A program made the translations under genes and the position numbers. A stretch of DNA of 64,000 nt, taken from contig JAHRWD010000014.1 in the NCBI GenBank assembly GCA_019090315.1, positions 66,011 to 130,010 of the forward strand, in the 5' to 3' direction. The notes under the pieces are model-generated. The model saw only the letters and a list, made by a program, of their open reading frames with translations. It was not told the DNA's origin and searched no databases. Positions 47,707 through 58,053 of the stretch are shown here, piece after piece. Source of the DNA: Pseudomonadales bacterium. Its GTDB lineage: Bacteria; Pseudomonadota; Gammaproteobacteria; Pseudomonadales; JAHRWD01. How positions within the stretch are numbered: position 1 is the first letter of the stretch; each line of letters starts with the position of its first letter.

Positions 47707-47825
47707 CGAGGTACTCCGATAATAGGTTCAGTAGGGTGATAGTTAGCTTGGAAGCGGGATTCTAACCGGTTTGGTATAAAACCCGAAGCAGAACTGCTGC
47801 AAATATACTCGATGGAGAGGTGATG

Positions 47826-48452
47826 CTAATCGAGATTTCCGTAGAGATCAGTTTCAGCACCTACGCCCCACTGCGTCTCTTTTTCGGTATCGCTGCGGGC
47901 GATGGTTCTGGCGACAATAAAGAGTAGATCGGAAAGTCTATTCAGGTAGATCTGTAAACCAACTTCCGGTGCTTGATCGGTTTCGCCTTGGTTTTTCGTT
48001 GCTGTTGATTCTTCCTGCTTATCTTGACTAACTATTAAGGCAACCAGTGAGCGCTCAGCCCTACGGCATACTGCCCGTGCGAGGTGGCAGCAGGCAGATG
48101 TGCGTGAACCACCGGGCAAAATGAACTCCTTTAACGGCGGAAGGGGTTCATTAAGTGTCACTATCGCTTCTTCAAGCATTTCGGTAAATGCGGCGATCTT
48201 TCCGCGACTGGTAGCGGTGGCAAGTTCAGCACCAAACTCAAACAGTTGATGCTGAACTTCTTCCAACAATCGAAACATCAGATCGGTTTCAATCAGCTCG
48301 GCTTTGATCATACCTATACAGCTATTGAGCTCATCCACATCACCCAGCGCGTGAATACGTGTGTGATCCTTTGATACACGCTCACCTGTAGCAAGGGAAG
48401 TAAGGCCTTTGTCACCGCCCTTTGTGGTGATTTTAGTTAGACGATTGCTCAT
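47826..48452 (-). CDS. PduO-type ATP:cob(I)alamin adenosyltransferase
   Basis: Contains TTKGGDKGLTSL near the N-terminus, then CRRAER...YLNRLSDLLF. It lies immediately downstream of the riboswitch-controlled receptor gene. Confidence 0.85.
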   Translation of the reverse strand: MSNRLTKITTKGGDKGLTSLATGERVSKDHTRIHALGDVDELNSCIGMIKAELIETDLMFRLLEEVQHQLFEFGAELATATSRGKIAAFTEMLEEAIVTLNEPLPPLKEFILPGGSRTSACCHLARAVCRRAERSLVALIVSQDKQEESTATKNQGETDQAPEVGLQIYLNRLSDLLFIVARTIARSDTEKETQWGVGAETDLYGNLD

Positions 48453-48479
48453 TGGAGTTCTACCTTATTTAACCGATCG

Positions 48480-50468
48480 TTACCGATCAGGATGATAGCT
48501 GACGGTAATCAAAAAATTACGTTCCGGTGCTGCATAAAAACCGACCTCATTCGCAAAGGTAGCCGGGTTATAAGCACTGGTTGCGTAGGCAATTGATTCA
48601 TCATCCAGCAGATTATTAATACGCGCATCGATGGAGAATTTCTCGATCTCGATACGCCATGCAAAGTTAAGTTGATTCTGGGCGTCAATTTTAGCAAATC
48701 CATTGGCAAAATCCGATGCGGCATAACGATCGCCGGCTCTCAACCATTCGAGATGGAAGTTACCCAGTTTATCCGACAGGTAATCTACCCCTGCACTGAT
48801 GTTTTGCTGTGCCACCCAGGGGATCTCTTTATTGCTGTAGGGCCCGGAATCGAATTTTGCATCCACCAATGCCAGCTGAACATACACACTGAAAGCACTG
48901 GTTAACTGGCTGGTTACGTTGAAGTTGGCACCGGTCCTTTTGGTGGTATCGAGATTGATATTGGAAAACGTCGTACTGTCATAGACAATTTCATCACTGA
49001 GCTTTAATTCGTACAGGCTGATATCGATAACCGTTTGGTTCAATGTCACAACTGCACCCGTTTCCAGTGAGGTTCCCAGTTGGCTGTCGAGCGGCTGGTA
49101 GACACCGACAAAATTAAACTGATTGGTATGCTCTTCAATTTTTGCAAATCGGTAGTTTTCATCCCTGCGTAAAAACAGTTTCACCCACTCAACCGGCGTC
49201 CAGTCCAGGCCGATACTGTAACGGGTTACGCTATCATCCTGATCGGTTCCCGCTGGGAATGTGTAGCTGTCTTTTATATCACTGTTAAGGCGTGCGTATC
49301 GTGCACCGACTTGCAGGTTCACCTTGTCCAGCACCGGATATAGCAGCTGTGCATAGAAACTATGAATTTTTTGCTCTGCTTGCTGGGTGCCAAATACGGA
49401 GCTCAGGAAGTAATCTCCATTGTCATAATCGAACCCGGTAGTCAGAATCATGGTGCCGTTAGGCTGACTGAATTGCCCGATGAGTCGTGGATAAAAGCTG
49501 CTCTGGTCTCGCTCCTGTCGTGTTGTGCTGGCTGAACCAAATGCCTCCTGGCTTCCATCGATATTATCGGAGCGGCTGCTCAGTTCTGCTTCTAACTGCC
49601 ACTGCTCGCTAAGCGCATAGCTCAGTCCGGCCTGATAGGTGCGATATTCACCATCGAGAAAATCGCTGTCGTTTCGTGATGCCTTGCGGTTGTTGTCATA
49701 CTGCGCTGCAAACAGTGCACCGGGTAGTTGCTGATATTCATCGGAGCCATTAAGCCCCAACCAAATTCGTCCGTGATCAAGGGCATAACCCAGTTCGAGA
49801 TCAAGGCTCTTTGTGTCACTTTCGCTGTGGTCACGGTAGTTATCCGCGGAACGTTTTTCAGCACTTGCGCTGATATCCCATTGGTTTATCTTGCGGCCGA
49901 TCGAAGCGCGGTATTGTTGATTGCCATAACTGCCTGCAGTGATTTCCAGCAAGCTATTGTTTCCTGGAGAGCGAGTGATGATATTGATGACACCGCCAAC
50001 GGCGTTCTCGCCAAATAGTACACCGGCACTGCCGGAGATGATTTCGATCGATTCGATTTGATCAAGGCTGATGCCACTCAAACGGGGCGAGCCTATATCG
50101 AGGGCATTATTGAGCCGCCGACCGTCCACCATAATCAGGCTGTTCAAGGATGCATTGTCACCGAATCCTCTCATGCCGACGGTGACACTGGTGCCATTAC
50201 CAAATAGATCGGTCAGTTGAATACCGGCGACACTAGCCAGCACCTCTGCAACTGTGTTTGAACCACTTTGTAGTATCTGGTCACGACTGATCACAATTTG
50301 TGCCGCTGGCAGTGTTGAAGGTGTATGCGCTGATCGCGTCGCTGAAACCAGTAATTCTGGCAAATGCTCAGTGTTGGAATGATCCGCATAACCGGTAGCG
50401 GATATCGCTAACGCGCCGGAAATGGATAGATAGAATAGTGGCGTGAACGCCTTTTGTAGCCGTTTCAT
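48480..50468 (-). CDS. btuB: TonB-dependent outer-membrane receptor, vitamin B12 type
   Basis: Has a signal peptide, a TonB-box-like ELLVSATR, a plug and a 22-strand barrel pattern, ending in an aromatic-rich C-terminus. A cobalamin riboswitch sits in its leader. Confidence 0.8.
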   Translation of the reverse strand: MKRLQKAFTPLFYLSISGALAISATGYADHSNTEHLPELLVSATRSAHTPSTLPAAQIVISRDQILQSGSNTVAEVLASVAGIQLTDLFGNGTSVTVGMRGFGDNASLNSLIMVDGRRLNNALDIGSPRLSGISLDQIESIEIISGSAGVLFGENAVGGVINIITRSPGNNSLLEITAGSYGNQQYRASIGRKINQWDISASAEKRSADNYRDHSESDTKSLDLELGYALDHGRIWLGLNGSDEYQQLPGALFAAQYDNNRKASRNDSDFLDGEYRTYQAGLSYALSEQWQLEAELSSRSDNIDGSQEAFGSASTTRQERDQSSFYPRLIGQFSQPNGTMILTTGFDYDNGDYFLSSVFGTQQAEQKIHSFYAQLLYPVLDKVNLQVGARYARLNSDIKDSYTFPAGTDQDDSVTRYSIGLDWTPVEWVKLFLRRDENYRFAKIEEHTNQFNFVGVYQPLDSQLGTSLETGAVVTLNQTVIDISLYELKLSDEIVYDSTTFSNINLDTTKRTGANFNVTSQLTSAFSVYVQLALVDAKFDSGPYSNKEIPWVAQQNISAGVDYLSDKLGNFHLEWLRAGDRYAASDFANGFAKIDAQNQLNFAWRIEIEKFSIDARINNLLDDESIAYATSAYNPATFANEVGFYAAPERNFLITVSYHPDR

Positions 50469-50639
50469 AATTCCCCCATAGAGAATGCAAATTGTTTTGG
50501 GGGTACTGGAAAGAGTTGAAGCAGGGGATCAGCACACGGCAAGGCGCACCTTCCCGGTTATCGCCCTCCGCAATACCATCGATATAGCTAACGAGCATCT
50601 GGCTGTGAATTGTGCACAGTCAAACGACTCGAAACGGTT

Positions 50640-50865
50640 AACGAGGCCGGTATCCGGGCTTACAACCTGAACTCGAAGAGTTCCAGCCATTACGCCTTCC
50701 CATATTTCTCAATACAGTGGCTATCCATAATGGCGGCCGAGAGGAGTTAAAGTCTCTCGGGGTTGATTACCGTTGCGGGGGCAGCACTGGAATAATCTTT
50801 GATTCGAAAATCATCGACGCACCAGTTTCCCATTTCACCTGTTGCCAGGCACCTGCTAAACGTGG
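50640..50865 (-). promoter_or_regulatory. cobalamin (B12) riboswitch in the btuB leader
   Basis: The reverse strand reads aggtgcc...aatgggaaactggtgcg...ccagtgctgcccccgcaacggtaa...agccactg...gggaaggcg...aagcccggataccggcc (B12 box, plus-strand nt 50645-50660). Downstream, a ccccca/tggggg hairpin (50472-50503) can sequester the SD. Confidence 0.85.
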
Positions 50866-51290
50866 GCGCGACTTTATAGATAGTTGGGGGGTGCGGTCAA
50901 GCTCGGAATTAAATGGCTCATTCTTCAGGGCTTTGTTTTTAAATTTTAATGCAGATAGACTGACTCGTACTCCGGCAAGCTAATATTGCCGAAGTACTAG
51001 GTTGCTGATATAAAATAATAATCCACCGGTGGTATCAGTCGTTCAAGGACAAGAACCACTCATAATAAGAGACCTTTGCAGGAGAGATGATTTTACTTTC
51101 AGGCAAGGAAAAAATGTACCCAAGGCACTCGCTCCGCTCGCGGGGCAGGCTCCGCACAAAGAGGGCGCTTACAACTGTAAGTGACCGAGTGAGCACATTT
51201 TTACCAAAAGTAGGCGCTATTAAGGCGACGCAGCATGGGAGTAAAAAGGCTCTCCTGCGAAGGTCTCGATAAAAAGGAGCGTAAAACGCT

Positions 51291-52868
51291 ATGACTACAT
51301 TCGTCTCTGCAAATAATCTCGATATTGAACAGGCCGCCAGCTGCGGCATGGTACTCGCGGTTTGGGCCAATAACTTTCCTGATCGACCCGCCATCTATTC
51401 GGCCAAGGGTAACCGTACCTATGGCGAACTCAATGGGCGGATGAACCAACTGGCAAAGGCCTTCGAAGCTGCAGGACTAAAAGCCGGCGACGGCGCAGCG
51501 CTTATATGCTCGAATCGACCTGAATATCCCGAGACGCTGTTTGCAGCAATGCGTTGCGGCATACGTATCACGCCGGTGAACTGGCATCTCACACCAAAAG
51601 AGATGACGCACATCGTTAACGACTGCGAAGCCAAAGCACTGATCGGCGATGCACGAATGAAGGATGCCCTCGAAGAGGTACTGTCCAATTCTCCTGGTGT
51701 TGAACTTGCGCTGGCGGTAGGTGGTGAGGTCGACGGTTTCACTTCTTATGATGATGCGGTCAACGCGCAGGATCCATCGGACCTGACCAACCCACAACCC
51801 GGTTCGCCGATGCTTTATACCTCCGGCACAACGGGGCACCCAAAGGGTGTCTGGCGTGAACCAGGCTCAACCATGACCGGTTCTGTCGCCACGTTGCTAA
51901 CCTATGACGGTACGACGGACACTGATTTGTGTACCGGGCCGCTCTACCACGCAGCACCAATGGCCTATTCGCTGATGGCTCCACTGCACGCGGGAGTTGG
52001 CGTGTATCTGATGGACAAATGGGATGCGGAGGAAACCCTGCGCATTATTCAGGAATACAAGATCACCCACACCCACATGGTACCCACCATGTTCCACCGC
52101 ATGCTGACGCTGCCTGAAGAGGTGCGCAATAAGTACGATATCTCTTCAATGAAATATGTGATTCACGGTGCCGCGCCCTGCCCCGTTCATGTCAAAAAGG
52201 CCTTTATGGAATGGTTTGGCAAAATTATGTACGAATACTATGGCGGCACTGAGGGCGGTGGCGCGTGCTATATCGATCCGGAGGAATGGTTCAGGCGACC
52301 CGGCTCGGTCGGACAGCCCGTGTTGGGTGGAACGCTTATTCTTGGGGATGACGATCAGCCGCTTCCCGCCGGGGAAATTGGCCGGATCTACATGAAGTCT
52401 CCGGATGAGGGTCGTTTCAGATACTTTAAAGACGATGGCAAAACCGACAAGGCCTACTTGAGCAAGAAGCAGAGCCACTTTACCCTGGGTGATATGGGAT
52501 ATCTGGACGAAGATGCCTTTTTATATCTGTCGGATCGACGTAATGACCTGATTCTGAGTGGTGGTGTAAACATTTACCCTGCTGAGGTGGATGCCTGTTT
52601 ATTGCTTCATCCAGCAGTTGGTGATACCTGTACTGTGGGCATTTCAAACCCCAACTGGGGCCAGGAAGTGATCTCGGTGATTGAACCCAAGGAAGGTATT
52701 GAACCTACCGATGAACTGGCCGCGGAGATCATCCAGCATTGCATTGATAACATCGCCAAGTTCAAATGCCCTCGCCAGATCAAGTTTATGGATGAGCTGC
52801 CTCGAAGTGAAGCGGGCAAAATCAAACGTCGACTGATTCGCGATCAATACGATACTGGAAGCAGTTAA
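51291..52868 (+). CDS. acyl-CoA synthetase (AMP-forming adenylating enzyme)
   Basis: Contains the AMP-binding signature MLYTSGTTGHPKGV, plus GDMGYLDEDAFLYLSDRRNDLI and a C-terminal K in GKIKRR. Confidence 0.85.
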   Translation: MTTFVSANNLDIEQAASCGMVLAVWANNFPDRPAIYSAKGNRTYGELNGRMNQLAKAFEAAGLKAGDGAALICSNRPEYPETLFAAMRCGIRITPVNWHLTPKEMTHIVNDCEAKALIGDARMKDALEEVLSNSPGVELALAVGGEVDGFTSYDDAVNAQDPSDLTNPQPGSPMLYTSGTTGHPKGVWREPGSTMTGSVATLLTYDGTTDTDLCTGPLYHAAPMAYSLMAPLHAGVGVYLMDKWDAEETLRIIQEYKITHTHMVPTMFHRMLTLPEEVRNKYDISSMKYVIHGAAPCPVHVKKAFMEWFGKIMYEYYGGTEGGGACYIDPEEWFRRPGSVGQPVLGGTLILGDDDQPLPAGEIGRIYMKSPDEGRFRYFKDDGKTDKAYLSKKQSHFTLGDMGYLDEDAFLYLSDRRNDLILSGGVNIYPAEVDACLLLHPAVGDTCTVGISNPNWGQEVISVIEPKEGIEPTDELAAEIIQHCIDNIAKFKCPRQIKFMDELPRSEAGKIKRRLIRDQYDTGSS

Positions 52869-52894
52869 GGCCTGATACCAGATCAAACAAAGAG

Positions 52895-52924
52895 AAAGGG
52901 GGCTAGATATGCCCCCTTTTTTCT
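52895..52924. terminator. rho-independent terminator between convergent genes
   Basis: aaagggggc-tagatat-gccccctttttttc. Confidence 0.7.
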
Positions 52925-53809
52925 TTAAAACCCCAGTGACTTCATCGCCAGGCAAACCTGCTCAAAGGTTTCATCCGGTATTTCCTGCATAAAGTTATGC
53001 CCGCCAGTCATCTGGATAGAGGTGATATGTGGATTCATCTCCGCCGCCTTTTTGCTGTTTTTCAGTATCGGTGAGCGCGCATCATCACCATGAAGAATCA
53101 CAGTCGGCACTGTCAATTTTTCAAGGTTTTCCCAGATAGTCTCTAACGGCCCAGCCAATACTTCTGCTTCGGTCTGCGGGGTACATTTCAGATGGTAGCT
53201 ACCATCACTATGTAGATCTAATGTGTGGTCGATAAATGAGGTGAATGCCTCATCGGTCCATAATTCAAACGCCGGCTTCGATCTAAAAAATCGATGTACC
53301 TGCTCAAGGTTGTTCCAGCGGCTTTTTCGTCTAAGGGTCTTCTGGGCCATTGGGCTTTCATCAATTGGCATCTTTACCAGTAGCTCCGGCGGCATTAACA
53401 TCGGATCCAGCAATATCAAACCGTCAAACAGTTCCGGCCGTTGTACCGCCATAATAATACTGAGTGATGCACCGTAGCTGTGTCCCATGCCAATGAACGC
53501 TGAACCTCTACTCTTGAGCTCATAATTGTCGATCACACTAAACGCATTCTGAATCGCACTTTCCCAGCCTTCAAACAGCTCCCCCGCATCGCTTTCGCCA
53601 TGACCCTGCATATCCTGCATAAACAGGCCATATTTGTCGGTAAGCTGTTTTAGCAAGGGCCAGTAAAGCTTTCCGCAAAAAGCGACACCGTGCATAAAGT
53701 GAAGTAGTGGTTGATCCTTCGGTGGGTGCGCATTGCCCCGTAGTGTTAAGCCCGGTTCAACTTCATATTCCCACTCGATGGTGGAGGCAAGGATTGGACA
53801 GTCTTTCAT
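52925..53809 (-). CDS. alpha/beta-fold hydrolase
   Basis: Contains the HG oxyanion region (LHFMHGVAF), the nucleophile elbow GHSYG and a C-terminal GGHNF histidine region. Confidence 0.75.
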   Translation of the reverse strand: MKDCPILASTIEWEYEVEPGLTLRGNAHPPKDQPLLHFMHGVAFCGKLYWPLLKQLTDKYGLFMQDMQGHGESDAGELFEGWESAIQNAFSVIDNYELKSRGSAFIGMGHSYGASLSIIMAVQRPELFDGLILLDPMLMPPELLVKMPIDESPMAQKTLRRKSRWNNLEQVHRFFRSKPAFELWTDEAFTSFIDHTLDLHSDGSYHLKCTPQTEAEVLAGPLETIWENLEKLTVPTVILHGDDARSPILKNSKKAAEMNPHITSIQMTGGHNFMQEIPDETFEQVCLAMKSLGF

Positions 53810-54028
53810 ATTATTATTCTCTTGTTTTTAGCTATGGCCTGAAAAATCAACGACCGATAATATCAGCGAACCACGAGCATTTCATGTAATTGATCGTCGG
53901 TGCAGTGTAATGTTGATATAGTTTGTCCAGGAAAAAACCAACAAGCAGTGCTCAACAATGACTCGGCTCGACACTACAACCGTCCAATCGCCGGAAATCA
54001 AATACAACTCAGCCATGGCCGACTTTTA

Positions 54029-54718
54029 GTGAGCCCACTACCCATTCTTTACTCTTTTCGACGCTGTCCGTATGCCATGCGGGCAAGACTGGCTATCTAT
54101 TTCTCAGGGCTCAATGTTGAATTCCGAGAGGTGATACTGCGCGACAAGCCCGCATCAATGCTGGAGTACTCACCAAAGGGCACTGTACCGGTGTTGGTGC
54201 TGAGTGATAACCAGATCATCGATCAAAGCATCGATATCGCATACTGGGCATTGAGGACTCAGGATCCCCAACAGCTATTACCGGAATCACTGTCTTCATG
54301 TTCGATAGAAATGGATCAATTAATTAACGAAAACGACTTTGAATTTAAACCATGGCTGGATCGCTACAAATATGCAGACCGTTACCCCGAATATTCCACA
54401 ACTTATTATCGTGAACAGGGTCAGCAATTTCTATTCAAGCTTGATCAGCAATTGGAAAACGGTGCATTTCTATTTGGCGATAAGATTTCGATAGCGGACA
54501 TTGCAATCGCGCCATTTATTCGCCAGTTTGCCAATGTAGACAAAAGCTGGTTCGATCAAACAGCCTATCCCAGGCTACAAAAATGGCTCGCCGATATTAT
54601 CGAATCTGATGCATTCCACGCTATTTTCAAGAAGTATGATCAATGGCAACCCGAACACAAACCCATTTTTTTCCCATCGGACCAGTACTCCGACAGGGTT
54701 GTATTATCGGAGTACTAG
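54029..54718 (+). CDS. glutathione S-transferase family protein
   Basis: The thioredoxin-like N-domain begins ILYSFRRCPYAMRARLA. I prefer the GTG at 54029 because the 5' part of the 53900 ORF has no GST similarity. Confidence 0.7.
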   Translation: MSPLPILYSFRRCPYAMRARLAIYFSGLNVEFREVILRDKPASMLEYSPKGTVPVLVLSDNQIIDQSIDIAYWALRTQDPQQLLPESLSSCSIEMDQLINENDFEFKPWLDRYKYADRYPEYSTTYYREQGQQFLFKLDQQLENGAFLFGDKISIADIAIAPFIRQFANVDKSWFDQTAYPRLQKWLADIIESDAFHAIFKKYDQWQPEHKPIFFPSDQYSDRVVLSEY

Positions 54719-54722
54719 TCAA

Positions 54723-55151
54723 ATGAACGAATTCAAACTTGATCCACAACTTGAGAAGGATTGTGTTGTATTAGGAAAGTTACAGACCAGCCAGCTACTG
54801 CTGATGAATAATTCATTGGTACCCTGGTTTATTCTGGTACCGGAGGTAGAAGCCACCGAAATTTATCAGCTCGACATTGAGCTACAGAAAACGTTGCTTG
54901 ATGAAGTAAACCAGATGTCAAAATTTGTATCTGATGAATATGGTACGGACAAGTTAAATGTTGCGGCAATCGGGAATATTGTCAGCCAACTTCATGTACA
55001 TATTGTTGGCCGTAAAAAGGATGATTTTTGCTGGCCTAATGTGATTTGGGGAACTAGTCAGAAAAAGCCTTACACCGACCAGGAACTCAGCGGCATCGTA
55101 AAACGGGTGTCTAGTTATGTTACTCCTTTAACGCCTCAAACTCTTCGGTAG
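54723..55151 (+). CDS. HIT-family hydrolase
   Basis: Contains the histidine-triad region SQLHVHIVGR. The ATG at 54723 lies 4 nt after the GST stop codon. The upstream part of the ORF overlaps GST in another frame. Confidence 0.8.
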   Translation: MNEFKLDPQLEKDCVVLGKLQTSQLLLMNNSLVPWFILVPEVEATEIYQLDIELQKTLLDEVNQMSKFVSDEYGTDKLNVAAIGNIVSQLHVHIVGRKKDDFCWPNVIWGTSQKKPYTDQELSGIVKRVSSYVTPLTPQTLR

Positions 55152-55743
55152 AGGAAAGGCTCAAACCAAGATCCCGAACCAGACCATCGGATAACCCATA
55201 TACCCAACTGTGTATGGATACTTCCTGTCCACGCAGCCAGGCATCTTTAATGATATTGGTTCGCGCCACATTAGCTGCCTGATTCATAACATTAAGCTCA
55301 CACAGGCGATTACTTCGTTCTTGCAGGTCATCAATTTTGTCCAGCTCGTCGGATTTTCTGTGCAATAGATCTCGTACGTGATTCAGCCAGTTCGCGACCA
55401 AACCCTTGGAGCTATTTGTCATCGCAGCCTCAATACCGCCACAGCCATAGTGACCACACACAATGATATGCTTCACTTTCAGCACATCTACTGCATATTG
55501 TAGAACCGACAGACAGTTCATATCTGTATGTACAACCAGGTTGGCTACATTGCGGTGAACAAAAAGCTCCCCGGGGGACAAACCAACAATTTCATTCGCT
55601 GGAACACGGCTATCAGAGCAACCGATCCATAGAAATTCCGGCGCTTGCTGTTGAGACAGATTCTTGAAAAAATCAGGCTCCTGCTCGCTAATCCGCCGAG
55701 CCCAGGCTTTATTATTTTCAAATAGTAGATCGTACTTGGACAT
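55120..55743 (-). CDS. can: beta-class carbonic anhydrase
   Basis: Contains CSDSRVP and HYGCGG zinc-ligand motifs and is collinear with E. coli Can as I recall it. Confidence 0.9.
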   Translation of the reverse strand: MSKYDLLFENNKAWARRISEQEPDFFKNLSQQQAPEFLWIGCSDSRVPANEIVGLSPGELFVHRNVANLVVHTDMNCLSVLQYAVDVLKVKHIIVCGHYGCGGIEAAMTNSSKGLVANWLNHVRDLLHRKSDELDKIDDLQERSNRLCELNVMNQAANVARTNIIKDAWLRGQEVSIHSWVYGLSDGLVRDLGLSLSSTEEFEALKE

Positions 55744-55797
55744 CAAAATATTCTTTTTATTAAGTATAAAAAATTAAGTATTAGTACATCTAAGGTG

Positions 55798-56472
55798 TCA
55801 TGTTTGTTGATATCGTGTTGGGTCGTCAAACCCAGCATCAACAAAACCTTTGCTGCGCAAACGGCAACTATCGCAGGTTCCACATGCAGCACCATTGGCA
55901 TCCGCAGCATAGCAGGAAACTGTCATACCGTAATCCAGCCGATGTACCATACCCTGCTCTATAATCTGACCTTTGCTTAGATTTATCAAGGGGGTACGAA
56001 TATGAATAGTTCGCCCTTCAGATGCCGCTTTGGTAGCAAGGTTTGCCATCTGCTCAAATGCCTCAATAAATGCTGGCCGGCAATCCGGATATCCCGAATA
56101 ATCAACCGCATTAACGCCGATAAAAATATCGTCCGCTTCAAGCACTTCGGCCCAACCTAACGCGAGGGATAAAAAAACCGTATTGCGTGCGGGAACATAG
56201 GTAACCGGAATTCCCTCTTCAAGCTGCTGTGGCACATCGATACTGTCATCGGTGAGGGCGGAACCACCGATACCATCCAGGTCGATTCGCAAAACTTTAT
56301 GCTCGACCTGATAGCGCTTTGCAATATTTTCCGCTGCCTGTAATTCCGTCCGGTTACGCTGACCATAATCAAAACTCAGCGCATAGCAGCTATACCCTTC
56401 CGATTGGGCTAACACCAAAGTGGTTGCAGAATCCAGACCACCGGAAAGTAGTACTACTGCTTTCTTACTCAT
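55798..56472 (-). CDS. queC: 7-cyano-7-deazaguanine synthase
   Basis: Has the PP-loop SGGLDS directly after the internal ATG ([15 protein letters not shown]) and the C-terminal Zn cluster C..C..CGTCDSC. Confidence 0.9.
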   Translation of the reverse strand: MSKKAVVLLSGGLDSATTLVLAQSEGYSCYALSFDYGQRNRTELQAAENIAKRYQVEHKVLRIDLDGIGGSALTDDSIDVPQQLEEGIPVTYVPARNTVFLSLALGWAEVLEADDIFIGVNAVDYSGYPDCRPAFIEAFEQMANLATKAASEGRTIHIRTPLINLSKGQIIEQGMVHRLDYGMTVSCYAADANGAACGTCDSCRLRSKGFVDAGFDDPTRYQQT

Positions 56473-56553
56473 CTCAAAATACCTTGTTAGGTTTTGCAAT
56501 CATTTTTAAATCTACTATCTGCGCAGTGCTTTGCCCGGCAATCTGTGACAGCG

Positions 56554-57255
56554 CTATCGCCCAGGCTCATCATTCCAAATCAGTTTATGTAACTGCATCT
56601 GAAAACGAACAGGCAACTGGTCTTCCAGTATCCAGTCGGCCAAATCGCGAAACGGCAGCTCATCAACCGATGCGGAAAACAGTACCGCGCCTACCTGTTG
56701 GGACAGGTCTCTATCGCTGACCTGTTTCCTGGCCCAAAGATAATCTTCCCTGTTGCATATCACAAATTTGATCTGATCCTTGTCAGCCAGATGTGCAATA
56801 TTGTTGTACAGATTACGGGATAGCTCACCTGAACCGGGAGTTTTAAGATCCATCACGATTGAAACACGCTTATCGACCAGCCCGACATCCATCGCGCCAC
56901 TGGTTTCCAGTGAAACGGAGTACCCGTTATCACAGAGCAACTGAATCAATCCATGCACGTTTTTTTGCGCAAGGGGTTCTCCACCGGTAATACAGATATG
57001 GCGTGTATTGAAGCCGTCAGCCTTTTCTAATAGCTGATTTACGCTATAGGATTTTCCACCCCGAAATGAGTAAGTGGTGTCACAATAACCACAGCGCAGC
57101 GGACAACCGGTAAGACGAATAAATGTTGTTGGCAGGCCCACTGACAGACTTTCACCCTGAAGCGAATAAAAAACTTCGGTGATTTTTAACAACGGTTCGG
57201 AACCGGAAGGTTCGGGAATTATTTTAGCTAGATTCAATTTTTCTGGCGAAGTCAC
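56554..57255 (-). CDS. queE: 7-carboxy-7-deazaguanine synthase (radical SAM)
   Basis: Contains the cluster motif CPLRCGYCDT and FYSLQGES near the N-terminus. It is adjacent to queC. Confidence 0.9.
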   Translation of the reverse strand: MTSPEKLNLAKIIPEPSGSEPLLKITEVFYSLQGESLSVGLPTTFIRLTGCPLRCGYCDTTYSFRGGKSYSVNQLLEKADGFNTRHICITGGEPLAQKNVHGLIQLLCDNGYSVSLETSGAMDVGLVDKRVSIVMDLKTPGSGELSRNLYNNIAHLADKDQIKFVICNREDYLWARKQVSDRDLSQQVGAVLFSASVDELPFRDLADWILEDQLPVRFQMQLHKLIWNDEPGR

Positions 57256-57303
57256 GGGCGGGTATTCAACACTGGTAATGGGCCAGTGTAATCATAAATA
57301 TTG

Positions 57304-58044
57304 CTATGGGAAATTGGCTTTTAAATAGCGGCTGGCAAAACGTGCAGCAGTTGAATCTGGAAACTCCTGTATAACACGATCCAGCTGCTGTTTAGACTTA
57401 TCTTTATCACCTAGCCTGAAATATATTTCACCCAACTTATAAAGTGCATCTGCGCTTTTCCAGTGCTTGGGGTAGAGAGTAACTACCTTGTTGAACTCCC
57501 CCACAGCATTGTCCAGATCTGAATCGACCATAAACAGTTCACCAAGCCAATAGTGAGCATTGGGAGCAAATTTTCCATTGGGGTAATCAACCAGTAATTG
57601 GGTAAACCCCTTACTTGCCTGATCAAATTTTTTGCTTTTAACCAGTCCGTAGGCACGGTCATAGGCTTCCTGCTCTGCTTTTTCAACCTCAGCGGCTGGC
57701 ACCGCAAGGGGTACAACCACTACCGTTTCAGGCGCGGGCTTTTTTGCCATTACCGAGGGCAGAGTAGAAGCGGAGGATACGTCCGTCTGGGGCTGAGCAC
57801 CCTTTCGCTGAAGTGCACTGATACGACGATCCAGATCGAGGTAATGATCCCGCTGTGTATCTTTTATACGTTTCAGCTGGTGGGCTTGCTCTTCAGCTAA
57901 CCCACGCAGTTCCAATACCTCTTGCTGCAACTGCTGCATCTGGATCAGAAGTTCGCCAGAAACTGAACTTTGTTGTCCATCAGCAAAAACGGGCTGAGAA
58001 ATCCAGCCCGTTAACGCAACATACAGAAGGAATCGTTTATTCAA
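57304..58044 (-). CDS. cpoB: Tol-Pal system protein CpoB/YbgF
   Basis: Has a signal peptide, a coiled-coil N-domain and C-terminal TPR repeats. It lies directly downstream of pal. TTG start. Confidence 0.85.
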   Translation of the reverse strand: MNKRFLLYVALTGWISQPVFADGQQSSVSGELLIQMQQLQQEVLELRGLAEEQAHQLKRIKDTQRDHYLDLDRRISALQRKGAQPQTDVSSASTLPSVMAKKPAPETVVVVPLAVPAAEVEKAEQEAYDRAYGLVKSKKFDQASKGFTQLLVDYPNGKFAPNAHYWLGELFMVDSDLDNAVGEFNKVVTLYPKHWKSADALYKLGEIYFRLGDKDKSKQQLDRVIQEFPDSTAARFASRYLKANFP

Positions 58045-58053
58045 GGTGCTTTC

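Noticed and set aside
50717-50983. An 88-aa plus-strand ORF, with neighbouring short ORFs at 50485-50670 and 50368-50598.
   Set aside because: They overlap the btuB leader and riboswitch, which is much better supported. They have no coding signal.
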